Shown here piece after piece: positions 24,343 through 33,126 of a stretch of DNA of 64,000 bases (positions are counted from its first letter, which is position 1; each line of letters opens with the position of its first letter). The notes under the pieces were generated by a model, which searched no databases, was not told where the DNA came from, and saw only the letters and a program-made list of their open reading frames with translations. The stretch spans positions 22,556-86,555 of the IMG/VR virus record IMGVR_UViG_3300032334_000335. One strand, written 5' to 3'. Position numbers and translations under genes: made by a program. Origin of the DNA: a virus.

Positions 24343-27111
24343 TCATGTGTAATACCGAACAATAACAACTCCCGAGTTGCCGTCGCCGCCACGAGAGTTT
24401 CCGCTTACGCTTCCGCCACCACCGCCACCACCGTAGAATATAGCATTACCGCCTGTTGATGAGCCACCACCACCGCGACCTCCTGGTACCGCTGTGGACG
24501 ATATTGCAGTTCCGCCTGCACCTCCGCCTCCATAGTATACTGAAGATCCAGTAATGCCACTTGCAGTACCATCACCGCCTGCTCCCGCCGATGTAGATGA
24601 AGCATAAGATCCTGGTCTTCCTGCTTGGCCGGTTGGTCCACCGCCGCCACCGCCGCCACCGTTAGTCCAATTATAGTTAACAACGGCTCCTTGATCAGAT
24701 GCAATAATACATCCAAAAGATCCCGGACCTCCGGTATTAACTCCGCTTAATCGAACTGTGTGATTTCCAGCAGCGATTGATTTAGAAGCATTATAGTTTC
24801 CGCCAAATCCGCTAACATCTAAAGCATTAACTCCATCTATGTAAACTTTTCCATAGTTATCACAAGATGCTTGTATGTAATAGGTAGTTGAAGTTGGGAA
24901 ATAAACATCATAAGATATGTCAAAACTTCCAGCATTAACATTATTCAAAGTCCAAACACCAAATGTGTTCAAGAATGCGTTATACGCTGGATTTGCATAT
25001 TTTGTTACTCGAGCGGGATCACTATACAATGAGTTGAATATGTTGGCATAACCTGCACCATTTCCGCTACGGCCTCCGGTTTGATTATTTCCGTAATATT
25101 GAGCAGTTGGGAATCCAAAGCCAATCTGCCCAATATCACCACCATTGCCGCCGCCTCCGCCGGCTGAATCGCCGTTATTTCTTGCGGCTGATACTTCGCG
25201 ACATCCGTTTCCGCCTTGGCCGCCAACTGCTTTATACGAGAAGCCTGGACCGGAAATAGTAGAATCGGCACCGTTAGTACCTGCGCCGCCATTACTGCCA
25301 CCCGACCCTCCACTGCCGCTGGTTATTCTTATATTAGCACCGGCAGTTACTGATATTCCGTTGATAGTGCGTACTTCTCCGCCTCCACCACCACCACCTG
25401 CACCATGCAGTGGATTTCCGTCAGCGCCGCCGCCACCAGCGCCACCAGCGACAAGTAAGACATCGATATATCTAACATTGGCTGGAACTGCCCAGTTAGT
25501 ATCCGAGGTGAATGTTGCCACTGCGTTAACAGGAGCTAAGAAAGAAGTGTCTGATATAATTACCGGTGTAGATTGTGCGAATAATGTTCCGTAAGAATCC
25601 GGAGAATATTTTCTTATTTGTAATACAATCGATTCTGTTCCTTCAGATCCATAATCATTTTTCAATGTACGAACAACAGTTCCTGTGTTATTGTTGATGA
25701 CAAAAGATCCGCTGTTTGCATCATCAGTAAAATCAGCACCGTTAGTTGTACCGGCATTGGTCCAGAACAATGTAGTTCCGTTAGATATACCAGATGTTAT
25801 AATATTATATGTTACTGTACCACCTTCGTTTACAGTAGATGCATTTGGGGTTACCTGGCATGTAGGCACCGATGTGTCAGTAACTGATACTGTTGCTGCC
25901 GTAGCAACAATAGGACCAACATTTGATGATGTTCTTAAATTCATCACAATCGATTCTACACCTTCTAAGGATAGATCGTTGGTTAATGTTCTAGTAAATG
26001 TTCCGAGGCCGCTATTGATCGTTACAGATCCTTGATTTTGACCGTCAGTAAAATCGCTGGCATCAGTGTTACCACTATTAGTCCAATATAAAACGGTGCC
26101 ATTATCAACATAAGATGTTGATACTGTAAAAGTTATTGTACCGCCTTCATTGACCGATATATTATTTGGCATAACTTGATATATTGGCGTTGGAGGCGGT
26201 GGAACGTATATAACTCCGGTAATCGCTATAGAAGATATAGAATATGTAGGAGGAGTAATAGTAAAACTGCCGCCTTGTAATAATGTTCCTGTTGCTCTAA
26301 GCTCTTCAACAGAAACAGTTAATGTTCCGTCAACTTGATCGGGTGGAGGTGGATATCCTGGATCGGTATATCCGTCATACAATGTAACTCTAAATGTCAA
26401 TACTGTTGCTGTTCCACTTGAGTTATTAGCAACGTTTGATTTTACTTCTAACTGATAGTTATTTGCAGAGTACGGTGTTGACGATGCCGAAGTATAATAG
26501 TTCTGATAACTGTTTGTTAATGTATAAAAATTAAGGAACAGAGAAGTGTTTGCACCAAACTCTTGTGCTCCGGCAGTGGCCAATAAGTTAGTCCATGCAC
26601 CATTCTGCTGAGTTGCAGATCCGCCTGTTCTGGTTGTTGATATTCTAATTTTTCCGCCAGTATTAAAAAAATACCTAGCTGCATTCGCTGAACCAAAAGT
26701 TACTGTTACTTCACATTGTGCAGATTGAGACCAAGCATCTGTCAAGGACTGCGATGCTCTTGAAGAAATTACAGACATGCCTTGACCAATAACAAATCTG
26801 TTTGCTATTATCTGATCAGCTACTGAGTTATAGTTTGTATTAGGGTTAGCAGCTCCAAATCTAACAGCATCGCCTGCTGAAACTTGTATTAAGTTTACCG
26901 GAGGCGTTCCGTCCTGATGAAGTTTTGCATTGTATAGGTCAATCCTTAGATTTTCCCATTGTTGTCTTGTGATTGTGTTACCTGAAGAAACTGCGCTGCT
27001 GGCGATTGATTGTCCGTATCCAAACGATCCGGAACCAGTTCCTATTACACTTACAACTTTATTGCGTATGGTATTATAATCAACCGCCGCAACTTGTGAA
27101 CCTGTTGGCAT
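24343..27111 (-). CDS. Multidomain tail/virion appendage protein (conserved N-domain, two Ig/Calx-beta-like repeats, glycine-rich domain with lectin-like insert)
   Basis: Two SVNEGGT.T...GT.L.WTN.G....DFTD...GS..IN repeats; VLLVAGGAGGG...GGDGNSGVVIVRY glycine-rich domain. Confidence 0.75.
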   Translation of the reverse strand: MPTGSQVAAVDYNTIRNKVVSVIGTGSGSFGYGQSIASSAVSSGNTITRQQWENLRIDLYNAKLHQDGTPPVNLIQVSAGDAVRFGAANPNTNYNSVADQIIANRFVIGQGMSVISSRASQSLTDAWSQSAQCEVTVTFGSANAARYFFNTGGKIRISTTRTGGSATQQNGAWTNLLATAGAQEFGANTSLFLNFYTLTNSYQNYYTSASSTPYSANNYQLEVKSNVANNSSGTATVLTFRVTLYDGYTDPGYPPPPDQVDGTLTVSVEELRATGTLLQGGSFTITPPTYSISSIAITGVIYVPPPPTPIYQVMPNNISVNEGGTITFTVSTSYVDNGTVLYWTNSGNTDASDFTDGQNQGSVTINSGLGTFTRTLTNDLSLEGVESIVMNLRTSSNVGPIVATAATVSVTDTSVPTCQVTPNASTVNEGGTVTYNIITSGISNGTTLFWTNAGTTNGADFTDDANSGSFVINNNTGTVVRTLKNDYGSEGTESIVLQIRKYSPDSYGTLFAQSTPVIISDTSFLAPVNAVATFTSDTNWAVPANVRYIDVLLVAGGAGGGGADGNPLHGAGGGGGGGEVRTINGISVTAGANIRITSGSGGSGGSNGGAGTNGADSTISGPGFSYKAVGGQGGNGCREVSAARNNGDSAGGGGGNGGDIGQIGFGFPTAQYYGNNQTGGRSGNGAGYANIFNSLYSDPARVTKYANPAYNAFLNTFGVWTLNNVNAGSFDISYDVYFPTSTTYYIQASCDNYGKVYIDGVNALDVSGFGGNYNASKSIAAGNHTVRLSGVNTGGPGSFGCIIASDQGAVVNYNWTNGGGGGGGGPTGQAGRPGSYASSTSAGAGGDGTASGITGSSVYYGGGGAGGTAISSTAVPGGRGGGGSSTGGNAIFYGGGGGGGSVSGNSRGGDGNSGVVIVRYYT

Positions 27112-27112
27112 A

Positions 27113-28879
27113 TTATAAAATCACCGCTTCAATAAGTTTTAGACCTGTGTCATCGCTTGACTCTAGTGCGATTGCAAACGTGTATAAATCAACGTGTCTT
27201 GCTACTGCGCATCCGTTGTCAGAGGCCACTAAATGATCTCCTTTCTTGACTGCTCCTGATACTTTAACTGGAACTCGTCCTTTTAGTGCAATGTAAGTTC
27301 CACCTTCTAGATCTTTATTCATCATAAATGCTGGATTAGCACTTACTACACCTACAGCTCTCACACCATTGTGACTTGCTGTTACTTCTTTTTCTCCACC
27401 AATCATTACCACAGTTCCAACTTCATAATCTTGATCTGCTAGGTATTTTTCAGCTAGGTCAGCATAACGAGCTGCGGTTGCTGTACCTTGGAATAGTGTA
27501 GCATATAAGTCACCGCTGGGATCTCTTGCTGCAATACTATTTGCTGTTGCTGTAGTTTTTGCTGTTCTATAAGTGGCATCTGTATCAGTAGCACTGTCAT
27601 CTATTTTAATTCTGTCTGCTTTATCAGTAATACCAATAAATTTTGTTGCTGCAATATTACCTGTAGCATCACGAACTGGAATCGAGATCTTGTTTACTGC
27701 GCTAGGAACCGCCACTGATGGAGCAATCCCAGTCAACTTGCTGGCATTATCTGCATTACCTGTTAGGTCTCCCTGTACACTACCAAATAAGTTTCCTCTT
27801 AAACTTGCGCCATCGTATCCGATTTGTCCAGTAGTGGCATTAATTAAAACCGTAGTATCAATCGCTAGTATATTTCCTGTGTGTACTCCATTGGTATCTC
27901 CTGTAAGATTGCCACTAAATGTACCGTAAAAGTTCGATGAATAGACATTTTTCCATCTAGCCGTTGTAGTTCCTAAACTGTATTCGTCATCCTCGCCTGG
28001 TGTAATCGTTGTAAAATCAAATGTAGCAATTTTATTTTTTACACCGCCGGATGTAATTCTTATTGTGATTGGTCCGCCTAACTGGCTAGCTAACACTAAC
28101 CCGTCTGTGAGTTCTTTAGCAATCAATAAATCGTTATTTGCGCCAACTGTGATACCGTCATCTGTAAAAGAAATCTTGCTGGTAAACTTAAGATCGTCTT
28201 TCTTTAAGAAACTAGAGGATGAAAATCCATTTAGTGTCAGTGCATTAGATGCTGTTCCCCAAAAATAGTGATCATCACCAGTCACTCCAGTGCTTGGAGT
28301 TTTAACTAAGGTGATACCTTTCTTAATGAGGTTGAAATCTTGTATAGGGTTAGTTGTAGGATTAAGAGTGAACTCGTCTTGACTAACTATTGCTACCACT
28401 ACACCAGCAGAAACCATCTTAATAATGGTATGATTGTTATTCAATGTATCTTTAACAACTTGTGCAGATACAGAACTAGCACCTAAATCTGGGCTAGCAG
28501 CTGGTCCAACTAGTACATAATCAGTACCGGACCATGTATATAACTGTTTTGCAACACTATCCCACCAAAACTCGCCTGTGGCTAATCCAGATGGTGCTGT
28601 AGAACTAACCTCAGCGCCATTTGCTACTTTAAATTTTGATCCTGTATAGAACTTTAGTTTGCTGTTAGCACTATCGTACCAAATCTGACCCATAACAGCT
28701 TTCGGAGGAGCAGTGGTATTTGCAAAACTTTCTAATAAATGTAGGTAGTTTTCATTCTGAACTTCACCGTATCCAGCGTAGTTTTTACCTACAAATCGTA
28801 GATCTGTAGTTGTGTCAATAGTACCGTCTTCTACAGCTACTAAAAACGTTCCATTAAATTTGTTTACTTGATATGCCAT
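27113..28879 (-). CDS. Tail fibre with C-terminal intramolecular chaperone (peptidase G2-like) domain
   Basis: Shared fibre N-terminus; C-terminal ARYADLAEKY...GVVSANPAFMMN...IALKGRVPVKV. Confidence 0.8.
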   Translation of the reverse strand: MAYQVNKFNGTFLVAVEDGTIDTTTDLRFVGKNYAGYGEVQNENYLHLLESFANTTAPPKAVMGQIWYDSANSKLKFYTGSKFKVANGAEVSSTAPSGLATGEFWWDSVAKQLYTWSGTDYVLVGPAASPDLGASSVSAQVVKDTLNNNHTIIKMVSAGVVVAIVSQDEFTLNPTTNPIQDFNLIKKGITLVKTPSTGVTGDDHYFWGTASNALTLNGFSSSSFLKKDDLKFTSKISFTDDGITVGANNDLLIAKELTDGLVLASQLGGPITIRITSGGVKNKIATFDFTTITPGEDDEYSLGTTTARWKNVYSSNFYGTFSGNLTGDTNGVHTGNILAIDTTVLINATTGQIGYDGASLRGNLFGSVQGDLTGNADNASKLTGIAPSVAVPSAVNKISIPVRDATGNIAATKFIGITDKADRIKIDDSATDTDATYRTAKTTATANSIAARDPSGDLYATLFQGTATAARYADLAEKYLADQDYEVGTVVMIGGEKEVTASHNGVRAVGVVSANPAFMMNKDLEGGTYIALKGRVPVKVSGAVKKGDHLVASDNGCAVARHVDLYTFAIALESSDDTGLKLIEAVIL

Positions 28880-28901
28880 TTCTGCTCCACCTTAATCTTT
28901 G

Positions 28902-28909
28902 TATTTATA
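28902..28909 (-). promoter_or_regulatory. T4-type late promoter TATAAATA
   Basis: Exact motif 22 nt before ATG 28879; GGAG SD in between. Confidence 0.7.
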
Positions 28910-28929
28910 GTATTTCTAACTTGTGCTTG

Positions 28930-31146
28930 TTACAGCTTCATGATGTAAAATAATGCTACGTAAGGAGGAACAGTATCTACTGTTATTCCTGCAACAGTTG
29001 CAGATCCGCTTAACGTGTGAGAGTGTACACCGTCTGCTCTAATAACGTGAGAGTGAGACTGATTTCCACCTGCAGATTCAGTTACACTCGGAAAACCATA
29101 GGATCCATTGTCTTGGTCGCCGTCTGATGCATTACCGTTAGTATAAAAACTAGGGTAAATGTATGTTCCGTTTCGATCTCTAACAGGACCTGTACTTCCG
29201 CCTAGGCCGTAATCACCGATAATAGCATATGTATCTGTGAACAGATGTGTATGAGCTGGCATTTCTGCCGGAGTAATAGTATGCCCATCGGTGACACCGT
29301 TGTGTACGTGGCTACCTGCGTTGGCTGTAGTTCCGCTAAATGTCACAGATTGACTACCTGCTGACCCTGTAGTTGATCCGCCAGTGGCTCCTAGGCCATA
29401 AGTTGATCCAGCACCTACCACAAACTTGTTTCTTAAATCAGGGGTTCCGTTGGCACCGTCACATACTGCCCATCCGTTGGGTACTGCATTTGATGGGCCG
29501 TACCATTGCATGACCATCCCACGTATAAATGATGTTCCCCATACTGGGTCGCCTGAAGCATTTGATTGTAGAACCTGTCCATCTGCGCCTGGGGCTAACA
29601 TCGCTGTCGCTCCGGCTGCTGATTGATAAACTAGTGAACCTCTAGTTCCGCCAGCAATATGTGTTGTTGTGACTGCTGTAGTTGCACTGTCTGCATTACC
29701 ATGAAATGTTGCTCCATACACATCTGTTGCACGAACATTATTTGCATAAACATTATTCCATTTAGCAGTAGGATGTCCTAGGTTAGTGACATTTTCTGTA
29801 TCTGGAATCAGTGCAGGAGCCTGTAAGCCTCCCTGCGACAGTGATATAGATGAAGGAATGAAGTTTAAATCAGTTGAACCACCAGGTTGTAAAGGATCCA
29901 CAATTTCAAAATTTAGTGGAGTATTAGGCAGTTGAACTTTTACTGTAGGATTTCCGTTATCTATAAACAGTTTAAGTTGTTCCGAGTTACCAATTTTAAC
30001 ACCAACATCTACTACTGTGAGCCCTTGCAATATTCCTACTGATTCCAAACTTGAATATCTAACATTGTCATTTAAATGTGTACCTGTTAAGGTTCCGGCA
30101 TCGGCTGTAATACTAATATCTTCAGTACCGTTGAAGAATACTCCATTGATTGTTCGACCATTTGCCAACTTAGTAGCTGAAAATGCATTACCTGTTAATG
30201 TGGCGCCGACAAACTTCGTGGCTCTAATTTCAGCGAAACTGCTAAATCCGTCTATCGCTGTTACATTTCCTGTAACATTACCAACTAAATCTGCTGTGAT
30301 AGTTCCAGCAGCAAAATCTCCAGATGCGTTTCTTAAAACTATTTTGCCTACAACATTTCCAGAGGCAGCATCTACTCCCCATGTTGCTGATTCAGTTCCA
30401 TCAAAGTTATCACCTATAAGAAACTGACCTCGAATTAATGGTCTAGTGGTGCTGGCTCTGATAATGATATCATCTTGGCCGTCAAACCCTATACCGTTTA
30501 TAGTTCTCTTGTTCTCTAATCTAACTGCCCTATCAGCGACTCCTTCGAGATCGCCGTGTATTTTTGTTAATCCAGACATTGTTATGCCTGACAATAATCT
30601 ATCAAACCCTGGTATAGGATTTGCGAAACCAATTCTAAAAGGTGCTGAAGATATTATTCCAATAACAGAACCATTTACTTCAAGCAATATCACCGCATGA
30701 TTAACTCCTTCGGTATCTGCTAATAATGCAGAACGTGTTTTAGTGGAAGCGAACCCTTCAACTTTTTCTGGTCCAATTAATACCCAAATATTACCGTCCC
30801 AAACATATAGTATTCCCGGAGGATTCTTATACCATAATGCCCCCGGAGGTGGATTTTCTGGCGGAGCTGCTGTTAAAGTTGGATTCCCTACTACTACCCA
30901 TTGTGTACCGTCGTATACATTTAAAAGATTAAGAGTAGTATTATACCATGTTTGACCGGATATAGGTCTTGCTGGAGGAAAATCGTTAGCAAAGTTTTCT
31001 AACAAGAATAAAAAATTCTCATTCTGTGTTTCACCGTAGCCTACGTAGTTTCGACCTACTAGTCCTAAGGTAGTGGTAGTATCAATAGTTCCGTCATCTA
31101 GAACTACTAACTCAACTCCACTGTATCTATTAATTGTATAAGGCAT
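28930..31146 (-). CDS. Tail fibre with C-terminal collar-like domain and His-pair repeats
   Basis: Shared N-terminus; RTING..FDG repeats; GMVMQWYG...VPNGWAVCDG.NGTPDLRNKFVVGAG; HxH motifs; PPYVALFYIMKL. Confidence 0.85.
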   Translation of the reverse strand: MPYTINRYSGVELVVLDDGTIDTTTTLGLVGRNYVGYGETQNENFLFLLENFANDFPPARPISGQTWYNTTLNLLNVYDGTQWVVVGNPTLTAAPPENPPPGALWYKNPPGILYVWDGNIWVLIGPEKVEGFASTKTRSALLADTEGVNHAVILLEVNGSVIGIISSAPFRIGFANPIPGFDRLLSGITMSGLTKIHGDLEGVADRAVRLENKRTINGIGFDGQDDIIIRASTTRPLIRGQFLIGDNFDGTESATWGVDAASGNVVGKIVLRNASGDFAAGTITADLVGNVTGNVTAIDGFSSFAEIRATKFVGATLTGNAFSATKLANGRTINGVFFNGTEDISITADAGTLTGTHLNDNVRYSSLESVGILQGLTVVDVGVKIGNSEQLKLFIDNGNPTVKVQLPNTPLNFEIVDPLQPGGSTDLNFIPSSISLSQGGLQAPALIPDTENVTNLGHPTAKWNNVYANNVRATDVYGATFHGNADSATTAVTTTHIAGGTRGSLVYQSAAGATAMLAPGADGQVLQSNASGDPVWGTSFIRGMVMQWYGPSNAVPNGWAVCDGANGTPDLRNKFVVGAGSTYGLGATGGSTTGSAGSQSVTFSGTTANAGSHVHNGVTDGHTITPAEMPAHTHLFTDTYAIIGDYGLGGSTGPVRDRNGTYIYPSFYTNGNASDGDQDNGSYGFPSVTESAGGNQSHSHVIRADGVHSHTLSGSATVAGITVDTVPPYVALFYIMKL

Positions 31147-31166
31147 TTAAACCGCTCCTGATCTCA

Positions 31167-33104
31167 TTATGGTGGCAATATTGTGTCGGACACATGGTTC
31201 CAAGCACCGGCGTTAATCTGGAATATCTTAACAAGTCTAGTTGTTGTTATGGATTCTGCAGGCACTGTTGCTTGGCTGATTGATACGTTAGTAACTGCCG
31301 ATGCTGTTCCACTTGGAGTATTAAATGTCGAAACACTTTGATTTATCAAAGGATTAATATCTACCACAGTAGTCGAGTTGTTGATAATCGAACACAATAT
31401 TCTAGCTTCTGTTAGTTCTCTGTACTCATCAGGTGGAGCAATAAGATTTAAAATATTCAATATAATATAGCTATTTGGTTTACCGTCTGATAAATCCATG
31501 CTTAATACAATATTTCTACTTTCAGTAGTTTTATCTACGTATTCTTTTGTGGCCGCATCTTGTGCAGTTGTCGGATCTGCTAGTCCTGTTATCTTTGGCG
31601 ATCCTAGAAGAACTATATTACCCGTACCATTTGGTTCTATCTCAAGATCTTGGTTAGTCTGTAGTGTAGAAATTTTAGTATTTTCTATTCGAATATAAGG
31701 TGGATCTGTTGATAGTCCAGGTCCAATGTTAACAACTGTTTGTTTACCAAAGCTGGTTACACCTGGAATAGATGTAACTGCTGTAGTTAACGCAAATGTT
31801 TCGCTACCAGATACTATACTAGTTTGTTCAATAAGAGGGATGCCGTCAATGGCATAATATTTTCCCTGTTTTAAGTTAATGCTTTCACTACTGTTCCATG
31901 CAGATGATTTTAATTTTGGCCATGTATCGTTATACCCGCCAGCAATGGCATCTGCCGAATTACTTGTGGCTGCTTGATTTGTCTGAGACCATAAAAATAT
32001 TTTAGCAGTAGCACCTTGTAAAATAATACCGCCAGTTGATGCATTTGCTTCAGTCGGCGTTACTCCAGTTTGTTTTGCTAGAACAATGTTTTTATCTTCG
32101 ACTGTAACTGTTTCGGTATTGAATGTAGTAGTTGTACCCTGTACAGTTAAGTTGCCGCCGATGGTCAAACTTCCCCCAACGTTCACTGAGCTGGTGTTAA
32201 CTCCGTTTACCAGGAAATCGTTTCCTACATATAAGTTAACTGTTCTTGTTGCTGCAAATATCTCTAAAGCATTTTCTTGAGAAATACCACGTCGAACGTT
32301 TAAGATTAAATCCTTGTCACTGGCTGCGTTTGAAAGATAGACATTACCGTTGTTCACTGTTAAGTTGGCTTGTCCAGCGCCGCCTGCAACGAGTCCAAGA
32401 TCTGTGGTAATTCTAATCTGTCCGTTGATAGCATTAGATGTGTCTTTTCTTACATATGTTGTTGATGCGATTCCGCCAAGCTGATCAGAATTAGTAGAAG
32501 TTACATTAAACTTAATATTACTCAAAGTTCCTGCATTGAATCCTGGAGAAATATTTCCAGTAAATCCTGTAATGGCGTTTTTTGGAGTAAATGTTGCATT
32601 AGAGGAAAATATCCCTAGCAACAAACCATTATTATAAAATAAAGTAATAACACGAGTTTGATTAAGAGTATCTAAAATGCTGTTAACTTTTAATCCGCTG
32701 AGACCTTGGCTTTGAGAATATGTCGGTCCCAACAATAATGTTGAGGTACCGTCATAGAAATATAACTGTTTATCAATATTATTAAACCATAAATCGCCGA
32801 CACCTAGTGTAGACGGTTGTGCATTTGATATTGTTGCAGAGCTAACTGGAAGGAACTGTGTTCCGCTGTAAACTTTAAGTTTTAGTTCTGACGCATCGAA
32901 CCAAATCTGTCCTCGTATAGGATGAAGTGGTTTAGATGTTCCAGCAAAGTTTTCTAACAGCTTGATCAAGTTTTCATTAAAAACTTCGCCGAATCCACTG
33001 TAATTTTTTCCTATAAGAGTCAAGTCCGTAGATAGCTGATCCAGCTGGCCGTCTGCCACTGTAGCTACTATCGATCCGTCTGTCTTATTAATTTGATATG
33101 CCAT
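31167..33104 (-). CDS. Tail fibre / baseplate-anchored fibre paralogue
   Basis: Shared N-terminus; GNLTVQGTTTT...VEDKNIVL; ITGLADPT.AQDAATKEYVD. Confidence 0.8.
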   Translation of the reverse strand: MAYQINKTDGSIVATVADGQLDQLSTDLTLIGKNYSGFGEVFNENLIKLLENFAGTSKPLHPIRGQIWFDASELKLKVYSGTQFLPVSSATISNAQPSTLGVGDLWFNNIDKQLYFYDGTSTLLLGPTYSQSQGLSGLKVNSILDTLNQTRVITLFYNNGLLLGIFSSNATFTPKNAITGFTGNISPGFNAGTLSNIKFNVTSTNSDQLGGIASTTYVRKDTSNAINGQIRITTDLGLVAGGAGQANLTVNNGNVYLSNAASDKDLILNVRRGISQENALEIFAATRTVNLYVGNDFLVNGVNTSSVNVGGSLTIGGNLTVQGTTTTFNTETVTVEDKNIVLAKQTGVTPTEANASTGGIILQGATAKIFLWSQTNQAATSNSADAIAGGYNDTWPKLKSSAWNSSESINLKQGKYYAIDGIPLIEQTSIVSGSETFALTTAVTSIPGVTSFGKQTVVNIGPGLSTDPPYIRIENTKISTLQTNQDLEIEPNGTGNIVLLGSPKITGLADPTTAQDAATKEYVDKTTESRNIVLSMDLSDGKPNSYIILNILNLIAPPDEYRELTEARILCSIINNSTTVVDINPLINQSVSTFNTPSGTASAVTNVSISQATVPAESITTTRLVKIFQINAGAWNHVSDTILPP

Positions 33105-33126
33105 GTTATTACCTTAAATGTTCTCG

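Noticed and set aside
25145-25594. Pro-rich + strand ORF and GC-rich (CCG/CCA)n tracts
   Set aside because: Mirror of the poly-Gly codons in the - strand glycine-rich domain; not a separate gene or DNA repeat element
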